Source of the DNA: Octopus sinensis
Taxonomy: Eukaryota
Assembly (NCBI RefSeq): GCF_006345805.1
Contig: NC_042998.1
Location: 54,498,001-54,562,000, forward strand
DNA: 64,000 nt
Reading direction: 5' to 3'
In this document: piece after piece, positions 36,363 through 47,119 of the stretch
Position numbering within the stretch: position 1 is the first letter of the stretch
How the letters are laid out: every line of letters starts with the position of its first letter
The notes under the pieces: generated by a model
The model's input: only the letters and a program-made list of their open reading frames with translations
Database searches by the model: none
Told to the model about the DNA's origin: nothing
Position numbers and translations under genes: made by a program

Positions 36363-36727
36363 TGGTGATCCATCCATCCACATTAGAAAGTAGAATTTAA
36401 GGTAGACGATGGTGATCCATCCATCCATATTAGAAAGCAGAGTTTAAGGTAGATGATGGTAATCCATCCATCCAGAAAGCAGAGTTAATTAAGGCAGACG
36501 ATCGTGATCCATTCATCCATATCAGAAAGCAGAATTTATTAAGGCAGACAATCATGAACCATTCATCCATATTAGAAAGCAGAGTTTAAGGTAGACGATG
36601 GTAATCCATCCATCCATATTAGAAAACAGAGTTTATTAAGGCAGACAATCACGATCCATTCATCCATATTAGAAAGCAGAGTTTACTAAGGCCATTGATG
36701 ATGGTCCATTCATCCCATATTAGAAAG
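36363..36727. repeat. Minisatellite of about 8 copies of a 45-50 bp unit
   Basis: Unit approximately GATGGTGATCCATCCATCCATATTAGAAAGCAGAGTTTAAGGTAGAC, contiguous with no spacers. Confidence 0.9.
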
Positions 36728-36801
36728 ATAAAAACTTTGCATCGCCAAGAGGAAGAATCTGAAATAAATGACATCAAAAGATAAAAAAAATTATTACAAA
36801 C

Positions 36802-36878
36802 CTTGCATTTCTTCATTAAGGCTGTCACACTTGTTTTTTTGAAATTCCTCATCAAGAATAGTGTGAAGGGAGGTGACA
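36802..36878 (-). CDS. Internal coding exon (phase 2-1): (S)VTSLHTILDEEFQKNKCDSLNEEMQ
   Basis: Acceptor ttttttttctcctggaatcag|, donor AAG|gtttgt, 77 nt; phase matches the upstream exon (AG+T). Confidence 0.7.
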
Positions 36879-36963
36879 CTGATTCCAGGAGAAAAAAAAT
36901 TATAACCAAATTAAAATTACAAAAATTTAAAATGTCTCACACACACACACACACAGGTATTAA

Positions 36964-37185
36964 CCCCTTTGTTACCATATTTCTGTTGAGATGCTCTGTG
37001 TTTCTTTCAATTAATTATAAATATAACAAAGAATTTTGTAAAATAACTTAGTTGTCATTAAGCTAATGTTAGGAACATAAATTGTGACTAAGGTTTGGTG
37101 GAAGATTTTAATTCAAAACTTATGAAAACAAGACATTTGTACTACAGAGCCAGAGGCGGATTTAGCCGGGTTGGTATCAAAAGGG
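36964..37185. mobile_element. piggyBac-type MITE (family P1)
   Basis: TTAA|CCCCTTTGTTACC...GGTATCAAAAGGG|TTAA, same body as the other P1 copies. Confidence 0.85.
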
Positions 37186-37572
37186 TTAATCCTAAACTGA
37201 TTGTAACATTTTTTTGGCATACAAGTCAAATTTTTCAGATCAAAATTTTCAGCCAAAAGGGATAAAAAAAAAAAAAATTTGGTCCATTCATACACCAAAA
37301 CAACTTTGAAGGACTAAAAATTCCAAGAGAAATATAACAGGATTTGGGAAGAGAGTGATGATGTTTGAATGTTTACACTACATCATTACACAACATACAA
37401 TGTTGACATATATGCCAGAGTAAGTGGTATAGAATTATAAAATACGTTTAATAAAAAATAGAGAACTTCATATTAAAAATTATTCAGATCAAGTGAAATC
37501 ATAATTAAAAACTGAAATTTAAACAAAATTTTCAGACAAATTTAATTAAATATTGGTTAGTATTGAACTTAC

Positions 37573-37888
37573 CTGCCAGGTGATGAAGGTTCTGGTGTGT
37601 CTTGGGAAGATCCAGATCTGCTTGAGAGACTGACATGCCTTTCAATTTTATCCAACATATTCCTTAATCTAATTGTTGATTGGTGAGCTGTTTCCAGTTC
37701 TTCGTCAAGAGAGTGACTGTCAAATGGTGTTAACTTACCATTCTTGGAAGGCGAAGAAAGCTGAAAGTCTTTCAATGGTTCTTCAAGTCTATCAACAATA
37801 TCTTCTTGATAATTTGAAGACGGTTCCATATTAGATCCTCTGGAACAGTTACTAGTATGGTTGTCGTGGCAATGTAAATGTTTGGGCA
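37573..37888 (-). CDS. Large coding exon (phase 1-2): PKHLHCHDNH...MEPSSNYQEDIVDRLEEPLKDF...LDEELETAHQSTIRLRNMLDKIERHV...EPSSPG
   Basis: 316-nt open frame (ORF track 37569..37889), donor CAG|gtaagt, acceptor ttacttttcaag|; low-complexity Ser-rich and amphipathic helical segments. Confidence 0.8.
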
Positions 37889-40484
37889 CTTGAAAAGTAA
37901 ACGTTGATGAAGAAGAATAATAATAAATTCAAGATTAAAAGTCTTCAAATAAAATTTTCATGTAAATCTTGCAAATTGGTAAATTATACAATATCTCCAA
38001 ATATCAATAAACTGTATACTAAACACAATTAACAACTAATGTCACAAAGCTCTATTTCTTTCTCTTAATAATCTCAGGCTTCAAGCCTTTTGTTGGAAAC
38101 AACGCATAACAATTGTCCATGTCTAAGAGATGTTATGAAGATTTAATTTTCCAGGCTATTAACTTCATCTTTAGAATGCATGTCTAGTTCAATTTCTAAA
38201 TGTCATCAGATGTCTTATTCCTGAATATATATGTGTGTCTGTGGTTTGGTAGCAGACAGGAACATTACAAACCTTAGTTATGAAGTAGCATTTCCTAAAT
38301 TGTATCTTTCATTGGGGAACATTTATACATGGAGAAATAAAGACACCTGATGACAACTGGAAATTGAAATGATCAACACATAGTGTTACAAATATAAATA
38401 TTGTAATGATATGCTATAAAGACAAGTTCACTAGTCCAGAAAATTATCACCTTATCCATTTAAAAAGTATTTCAAATACATGTTAATAATATTTCACAAT
38501 ACAGTGGAAGTGGTAAGGATGAATAAAGAAAGAATTGGACATATAGTCCATAGATCTGGAGTTCAATTTCACTGTGTTGCTATATATTTGAAAAATATAT
38601 TCAATTAGTAGAAGATGCATATTCTTTTCTATTCTAGGCACAAGGTCCGAAATTTTTGGGGAGGGAGCTGTCAATTAGATCAACCCCAGTACGCAACTGC
38701 TACTTAATTATCAACCCTGAAAGGATGAAATGCAAAGTCGACCTCAGCAGAATTTGAACTCAGAACACAGCAACAGGCAAAATACTGCTAAGCGTTTTGT
38801 ACAACATGCAGACAGTCTGTTATAAGTATGTACCAAACCATGTGAAGACAAAATTAATTATGACTAATGTTCTCATCCAGTGAAAGATTTATTTCTCCCT
38901 CAATGAAATCAAGTAAACAGGTGTCAAGCAAGCAACAGATATCAAAAGTTACTCCAGAACTTGGTGGTCATTTACATGACTCTACATATATGTAATGATG
39001 GAGTCAAATAAAGAAGGGCAGCACCAACAGCTCCTTTTCCAGAGTGTATGTGACTAATAAGAGGAAGGGATCAAACTATCTCCAGGCTGTAGACTGGACT
39101 TGAATATTTACAGCAAACTGGATTCTGTTGCTGCTGTTAATAATAATAATAATGATGATGATGATGATGGATCATCATCATCATTTTGGCATGGAGCTAG
39201 CAAGTTTGGGGAGGGAGTAAGTCAATTACATCTACCCCAGGGCTCACTTGGTACTTATTTTATTGACCCTGAAATGATGAAAGGCAAAGTAGAACTCAGT
39301 GACATTCGAACTCTGTAAAGATGGATGGAATGGTACTAAGCATTTTGCCTGGCATGCTAACAATTCTGCCAGGATGCCTTAATAATAATAATCATCATCA
39401 TCATCATTTAACGTCCGTTTTCCATGCTAGCATGGTTTGGATGGTTTGACCAGGGTCTTGGAAGCCAGGAGGCTGCACCAGGCTCCAGTTTGATCTGGCA
39501 GAGTTTCTACAGCTGGATGCCCTTCCTAACACCAACCACTCCATGAGTGTAGCGAGTGCTTTTTGCATGCCACCAGCACAGGGGCCAGAGGAGGCTGGCA
39601 ATGGCCACAATCGATACTTACTCTATTAACCCTAAAAGGCTGAAAGCAAAGTCAGCCTCTGCGGCATTTGAACTCAGAATGTAAAAGACAGATGAAATGC
39701 TCTTAAGCATATTTTGTTTAATTCACTAACGATATTGCCAGCTCGCTGAATAAAATAAGAAAATTAATAAACTGAGAGGATATTACAGATTTCTCTTCTC
39801 AAATATGTCTTTAAGCACATTATACTTTTTACCCATTAAACATTTCTTACTGGATTTGTAAGATTTAAAACTCAGAATATGTAAGACTTAAGACTCAATC
39901 CATTTTAATAATTTTGACAACTTATTTTCCACCAAAACTAAACAACACTGTCAGTACTGACAAAAATGTTCTGAAATATATTAACGTCAACCCGGTAGCT
40001 AAAGAAGTAATAAACTTTAATAGTTTCTGAAAAAGGAATGAACAACAAAAAGCCCCAGTAATTTTAATATCAAAAGTATTTTTAATAAAGAAATGGAGAA
40101 CGTATGTTCAAACTTACCACAGATGTCAAAAGAATAAACTAAGTTTAATATATTTACAGTTCGAGAATGTGTGTGTGTGTGTGTGTGTAACTGAAATATG
40201 TTTGCACCACAGTTTAATGTGTTTTTTTCCCCCCTTATATATAATAAACTTCCTTCATATTTTGTTTCCCCCTTTAATAAGAAATAGTAATAACATGAGA
40301 ATCAGCAGAAAACAAAAATTCTACACCAGGTTGGAATTTATTTTTTTCCCTTCTTAGAAAATCAAAGACATTCCACATATCAAAGACAACATGATATTCT
40401 ATAGTTAAATCTTGGGAACAACAAATAGAATTTGACCAACAAAAGAAAGTAAAAGCACAAAGGTTTTAAGTTCAGTTTACTTAC

Positions 40485-40531
40485 AAATATCATTTTCCAG
40501 CCAGTCTAGAGAATCTTTTGATTTCCTCTCT
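40485..40531 (-). CDS. Internal coding exon (phase 2-1): ERKSKDSLDWLENDI
   Basis: Acceptor ttcttttaattttag|, donor |gtaagt, 47 nt; only one open frame, which joins 37888 in frame (T+TG=L). Confidence 0.7.
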
Positions 40532-40820
40532 CTAAAATTAAAAGAAAGCACAGCTGTGTGATTTATCTTTTCAAATTGAATTATAACATACTTTACAATA
40601 CTTTTGTCACCTACAATTCAGCATCTTTTGTTTTTCTCCCAAAGAGGCAGCAGTCAGAAGAATACACTCATGTTTTCTTTACCCTTGAGTAGTTCTTATA
40701 CAACATAAAATAATGGTATTATATGTGATCTCTGTTTTCCTTTTACAGATTTGTGTTAGCAACCAGCTTACTATATTTGTTTACCAAGTTGTGTGTGTAT
40801 GTATGTATATACAGATAGAT

Positions 40821-40866
<46 letters not shown>

Positions 40867-41278
40867 TCTTTTACTTGTTTCAGTCATTTGACTGCGGCCA
40901 TACTGGAGCACCACCTTTAGTCAAGCAAATCAACCCCAGTACTTATTCTTTGTAAGCCTAGTACTTATTCTATCGGTCTCTTTTGCCGAACCACTAAGTT
41001 ACGTGGACGTAAACACACCAGCATCAGTTGTCAAGTGTTGTTGGGGGTACAAAAACAAACACACAAACATATACTCACACATACATATATACGACGAGCT
41101 TCTTACAGTTTCCGTCTACCAAATCCACTCACAAGGCTTTGGTCGGCCAGAGGCTATAGTAAAAGACACTTGCCCAAGGTGCCATGCAGTGGAACTGAAC
41201 TCGTAACCATGTGGTTAGTAAGCAAGCTACTTACCACACAGCCACTCCTGCGCCTATATAGATATATACATATATATA

Positions 41279-41418
41279 TATCAATATTTAGCAGAAGTAA
41301 CCGAGTGACTCAAGGTCTGAGAGTTTCATGGATTGGCATCTACCAAACATTTGGTAAGTACCAACACATGAAACTCTCGGACCTTGAGTCACTCTGTTAC
41401 CTGTGATAAATATTGATA
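41279..41418. repeat. Foldback/MITE-like hairpin (~55-bp arms)
   Basis: TATCAATATTTAGCAGAAGTAACCGAGTGACTCAAGGTCTGAGAGTTTCATG ... CATGAAACTCTCGGACCTTGAGTCACTCTGTTACCTGTGATAAATATTGATA. Confidence 0.85.
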
Positions 41419-41505
41419 AAAATGTACATATACTAACTTTTTGAGTTCTATTTTCCCTTTTTGCACCAACATATCCCTGTGTGTGTGTGTGTGTGTATAC
41501 ATATA

Positions 41506-42280
41506 TGAGGTAGTATCAAAAAGCTCTCGGACTAGATCTGCAGTATGCCAACAGATGGCAGTACATGATTGTGTGTGCAGTGAGAGCTAGCAGTGACCTT
41601 CATGAGGCAGTGCACCAAGTGACAATGCTGTGTTTACTTTGCAAGTTGTGAAATTTATGTTTTTATGATCACATGTATGCTGTAGTCTGCGATTTTTGTC
41701 ATGGAAAGAAACTTGGAACAAAGAGCCAACGTGAAATTTTGTGTTAAATTTGGGAAGTCTACAATGGAAACATTGAGCATGCTTTGGCAAGCTTACGGCA
41801 ATGAGGCAATGGGTTGTATGGAATATTTTGAGTGGTATGAGCACTTCAAAGGCAGAAGAGCATTCCTAGAAGATGATGAGTGATCTTGAAGACCTGCCAC
41901 AAGCATCACCCCAACAAATGTGAAAAAAATCCTCAGCTTGTGCATAAGGATTGTCAGAGGAAAGTGAGTAATGTCTTAAAGTGTTTAAGGGAAGACATTT
42001 AGTAAAAGCGACCAGATCTGTGAAGCATAAAGAATTGGATTCTTCACAATGACAATGCAACCTCTCACTGAGCTCTCCTCGCTTGTGAGTTTCTCACCAA
42101 AAGGAACATGGTATTTGCTTCCACACCTGCCCAGTTCAGCAGAGACTTGCATCTCTTCCCCAAGATGAAAATGCAGTCAAAGGTTGCCGTTTTAATATTG
42201 TTGTCGAAATCAAGAGAGAATCTCAGGTCTTTGACTCACTTACAAAAAACAACTTCCAAGCTGGATTCCAAAGTATTACT
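41506..42280 (+). mobile_element. Degraded mariner transposon
   Basis: TA|TGAGGTAGTATCAAAAAG end; MERNLEQRANVKFCVKFGKSTMETLSMLWQAYG...EDDE*S*RPATS HTH region; later WILHNDNA and DLHLFPKMK motifs with frameshifts and deletions. Confidence 0.85.
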
Positions 42281-43642
42281 GTGCACAGTAATACTTTGAG
42301 CAAAACACTTTTTTTCACATTGCTCCAGTCCATTCTGTCGTAAATCAGAAACCCTGCAACAGATTGGCACCCCAGTGAGGGAGAATGTTGTCCTGCCTGC
42401 CTAGCCAGTGGAATGGCATCATTCAAAAGCTACAAGAGTGCAAAGAAGTGCATTGTGTTCAGTGGTGTATAACAGCATCTGATAGTCTGGTTGATACAGT
42501 GATAAGATTATGAGTATCTCGAAATATGTTATTTGCTTTAATGCCTTATGTTAGTTTGAAAAACTAAACCAGCAGCAATGATAAAAAGAATTCCAACAGA
42601 CAGTCCACCCCTTCTATAGATCTAGAACTACATTGTCTAATGTGTCCTTCCTTTTTTAGATGTAGACTCTGATCAGAGAAGTTGGTTGCAATTTTAGCAG
42701 GATGAAGAACCATGTAGGAACTCCTTCAGTTCATTTGATACTTACTTATATATTTGCTTTGCAAAGAATTGTTTGCAGTAATAACTTTTACCTTTTACTT
42801 TTATTTTTTTCTCCTATAAGATTTTAGAAACTTTTCACTTAAGGCTGTTCTTTCATGAAGAACTAAAAGCATATTATCAAGTAATATTTCTTAGACAGAA
42901 AAACAAAGGTATACATACGCTGATTAGAAAAGAATGAGATTTATATTTACATAGTTAATGTATGTTGAACAGTTGCTGTGAAACAAAGTGTTTTGCTCAA
43001 GAACACAATGCACTGATGGTCTGGGAATTGAAACCACAATCTCGCAAGCATCAATGCAACACCCTAACCACCAGACCACATGCCTTCACACATGCTTACC
43101 ACAAGAAATCTTTAACCAATTGCAGTATCTGTATCACTGTTCATGATTAAGAAATCAGTGGCTTGGCAGAATCATAAGAACATCAGTCAAAATACATGCA
43201 GTGTTTAATAACACTGCTTTACAGTTTAAAGTTTAAAATCCTCCTGATATTAACTTTGCTGACCATTCTTCTGTGATCATAAAATATAATACCAGTTAAA
43301 CATTGGGGCTGATTTCATAGATTACTGTATTTTCCAGCATGCAAGTCAAATTTTTCAGACCAAAATTCACCACTAAAAGACAAAAGGCTGATTTAAACAC
43401 CAAGATGGCTTTAGAAGACCAAAATTTCCATGTGAAATGCAGCAAAATTTGGAAAGATAGTAGTGAAATTTGAACACTGACACTACATTTACAATATTTA
43501 CTATCTTGACTTGTATGCTGGAAAAAAATGTCATATCTCTTTTGCAATGAATGCCTTGTACCTATCATACAAAGCATTGTACGTTACTTTCCAAAAGACA
43601 TACTGCTGTGATCTTAGAAATCAGCATATTCTTGATCATTAA

Positions 43643-43850
43643 CCTTTTAACATTCAGATTACTCTGTAAAATGTAATGTTTATTTATTCTCATTGCTTTA
43701 TCATTCATTATTTTGTAGCTTCAAGATTTTAACAATGTGGTTGTTTATTTTTTAGGATGTCAGTGTAGGGTAGGTATGAGAAGCCAGATCTACCATGGCT
43801 TGAACAACTGGAATATTTGGCCGGATATGGCTGGTTTAAATGCTAAAGGA
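43643..43850. mobile_element. TTAA MITE family P2, complete copy
   Basis: TTAA|CCTTTTAACATTCAG...AATGCTAAAGGA|TTAA. Confidence 0.8.
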
Positions 43851-46137
43851 TTAATACCATTTACCAAGATAAGTGAAATATATAAAGCATCAGTGCATCT
43901 GCCTCAGGAAATTCCTATTTCTGGAATTACAGGGTGGTTACTAGAAAAGTGGAAAATTCGTGAAATGCCGTTTTATATTTTCACAAGATGTATTTGAGAT
44001 AAACAATAGACATCACAAAGCGTGATATCATATTAACACACACAAATGTTTAAAATGTTTGATAACAATGAATCAGAAACTACCTATTAAACAGTATATC
44101 GATGATCTAATTATAGCTTGTTAGTTTTGCCTTTAAATTTTCTGCTTTTCTAGTGACCACCCTGTAGTTACATGATTTCTCCAAGTTACCACTTTGTATC
44201 CATGTCACTGGTTCAAAATTTATTTGAAACATCAACTGTTTTGATATTAAACAAAACACTTGAGGTTTCAGATATTTTGAGCCAGTGACAAAGATACAAG
44301 AACACTTAACTTGACAATTTACCAGCTAAATTTTCTTCAATAGACATATTTTTTTTATCACCTTTGAAATGAGAAGTATATGTCTATATTTGTAATATAT
44401 TGACAGCATGTCCAGAATACAGCTGGCACTTATTCATTCATTAAGAATCCTGGTAAGACTTAATGCATAAACTTCATCCTAACAAGGCCTGCTCAACAAT
44501 GAAATATATTTTATATCTTAGAAAAGTATGTTGTGTAGAAACCATAATGAAGTAAAAGTGATATAATGAAAGTAATATGGTTGGCATGAAAGCTGGTGAA
44601 AAACCTCTTTTCACAATAGCTACATCATTAAAAGTTTCTGCAAACAAACCAAAGCATATTCTTTTGTCTATGGTTATTGTTACTAATCCTAGGTGTTTAT
44701 TACAGTATCAGACCTGTGTCTGAAATGCAATAAAAGAATAAACTTGTTCTAGACACATTCAGTATGCAAGATTATTGATCATCAATATCTCAAATATTAA
44801 GTTGGCCCAAAACCTGTATGCAATAGGAAGGATAGCTTGGTAATATAATGGTATACATTATAAGATATTTCCTAAAATGTCAGTTGATAAATTAGAATTA
44901 TTAGCTTTAAAATGAATAACTGATATAGAACTCGAAAATAACGACCATATTGCAGGAATTTATGAAGTCTTACTTGGATATGAACCTTAACCCCAAACCA
45001 TAATATTCACCATGTAACAAGTGATTGGAATCATTAAAATTCTCAGAGCTGAATAAGAATAGAATCAGTAGTTTCACATAAATAGCCAATACACATCATA
45101 AAATCAGACAGTCAATCATTTCAGTTAGCTGTACAATGCTATATTGTATCTTGTGGGGATACAACTCTCCAACATCCTAGTACAATTAATTTCAGCATGA
45201 ACATATTATCAGGTCTGATGTCTCATTAAAGATAAGTTTAACAAGAAAATATGTTATTTACATACATTATTAATATGGATTATATTTTATCCTTTACTTG
45301 TTTCAGTCATTAGACTGAAGTTTTAGAATTTTTGGTTGAATGAATTGATGTGAGTATAGTTTTTCTTTTAAACCTGGTGCTTATTCTATCAGTCTCCTAT
45401 ACTGAAACTCTAAGCTTCATTTGCAATATTCTGCAAGAGCATATCTGACCACAGGGAAATATTGCCTTGCTTGGAAACAGATGAGGATTAGCCACAAGAA
45501 AGATATCCAGCTGAAGAAAATTTGCCTCAGTAATCTTCGTCTGATTGATGCAAGGAAGGAAAAGAAGACATTAAAATGATGATGGTGATCTGATGGTGAA
45601 CAATTAAAAAACTGTTTGAAATTAAAACAAAACTCGTGATTACATTTTACTTCTCATTTTTAGCTGCACATTAAATCTAGTCTCTTGGGAAAAATGACAA
45701 TATAAATTGAACTATCCAAAATAATATAAATTATCTTCCTAAGTATACACAGGTGAACTTGATTCATTTACATATATCATAACAAAACAGTATCTGAGTC
45801 TTTTAGGAAAGATTTATGACTGTTTCTCAACAGACATGAACTTTTATAAAGAAAAGAAAAGTTACAATCAAAATTGCAGAAAACTTATTAGCCAATCTAA
45901 AATAAGATCGTTTATTAATGAGTTCCATTAATTCTGGGGGATACCATTAGAAGTTAACACTTTCAGATATCCATCATCATTACCATTTAATGTCCACTTT
46001 TCCAAGCTTGCATGGGTCAAACTGAATTTGTTGAGGCAGATTTTCTATAATTAGATGCCCTTCCTGCCACCAACCTTCACCTGTTTTCAAGCAAGGTTAT
46101 AACTTCCCCATGACTGGACGTGTTTTTCATGGACAAA

Positions 46138-46225
46138 TGAATGAATGAATGAATGGATGGATGGATAGGTAGGTAGATAGACAAAAAGCTAGGTTGATAG
46201 ATAGAAAGACAGATAGGTAAAGATT

Positions 46226-46263
<38 letters not shown>

Positions 46264-46345
46264 TAGATAGATAGATAGATAGACAGACAGGTAGATAGAC
46301 AGACAGGTAGATAGACAGACAAGTAGATAGACAGACAGACAGGTA
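46138..46345. repeat. Compound tetranucleotide microsatellite (GAAT/GGAT/AGAT/AGAC)
   Basis: Directly visible. Confidence 0.95.
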
Positions 46346-46517
46346 GAGTAGTAAACTGTCACATGTAACCAAAGATCAGACTTAGGTGTGGGCTCTGCAT
46401 GCCATTCCATTCTTTAGTGTATAATTGATGTGAGGCAGCAACCTTAGGATATGCAAGTGTGCAGAATATAAATCAAATAATAGAAATAACAATAATTAAA
46501 CAGTTTTCTGCTTAATG

Positions 46518-46549
<32 letters not shown>

Positions 46550-46748
46550 TATATAGGTAAATGAATTATCCTATGTTTACCGTCAACATGGAAAATTCGA
46601 TGAACCGATACCAGGGTAGCAAATTCACATCAGAAACACGGTTGAAGCAACTTGTCCAAGGGTAGAAACTCCGGGTTCATGTGCAGAAATTTGTGTGTTA
46701 TATATGAATAATTAAATAAATGGAGTTGAACAAAGATTTTAACAAAAT

Positions 46749-46844
46749 TCCTTTACTCTCGACGTATGTTTCGAAGACAACATGGTTTTATTCCAAAGGA
46801 ATAAACGGTGCAAGATGCAATCTTCTCATCAGGAAAGAAAGGGA
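46749..46844 (-). ncRNA. Type I hammerhead ribozyme (left arm)
   Basis: Minus strand: CTTTC-CTGATGA-GAAGA...TCTTC-GAAA-CATACG-TC-GAGAG; stem I intact; core at 46832-46826. Confidence 0.8.
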
Positions 46845-46948
46845 GCCTTTCTCAACAACAAGACAAAACAAAAATTGCAATGACTGCCTACATGGTAAAC
46901 AAACGATAATAAGTGTTTGAAAAAACCTGTTTTGTTGTTGAGAGAGGC

Positions 46949-47044
46949 TCCCTTTCTTTCCTGATGAGAAGATTGCATCTTGCACCGTTTATTCCTTTGG
47001 AATAAAACTATGTTGTCTTCGAAACATATGTCAAGAGTAAAGGA
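46949..47044 (+). ncRNA. Type I hammerhead ribozyme (right arm)
   Basis: CTTTC-CTGATGA-GAAGA...TCTTC-GAAA-CATATG-TC-AAGAG; 5-bp perfect stem II base; first stem I pair mismatched; cut after 47032. Confidence 0.78.
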
Positions 47045-47082
47045 ATTTTGTTAAAATCTTCGTTCAACTCCATTTATTTAAT

Positions 47083-47119
<37 letters not shown>

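Larger units (their letters stand above)
46707..47086. repeat. Second HHR-bearing palindrome (~155-bp arms, ~70-nt spacer), same family as 27664-28050
   Basis: Shared outer ends (ATGGAGTTGAAC...AACAAAATTCCTTTA) and a shared one-sided flank (46556-46706 resembles the reverse complement of 28051-28170); the arms have a few mismatches. Confidence 0.9.

Noticed and set aside
36363-36727. CRISPR-like array
   Set aside because: Units are contiguous with no unique spacers, in a eukaryotic context with no cas genes.
38343-38385. CTGATGA...GAAA hammerhead-like match
   Set aside because: Stem II is only 3 bp, stem I does not pair and stem III is not self-complementary; likely chance.
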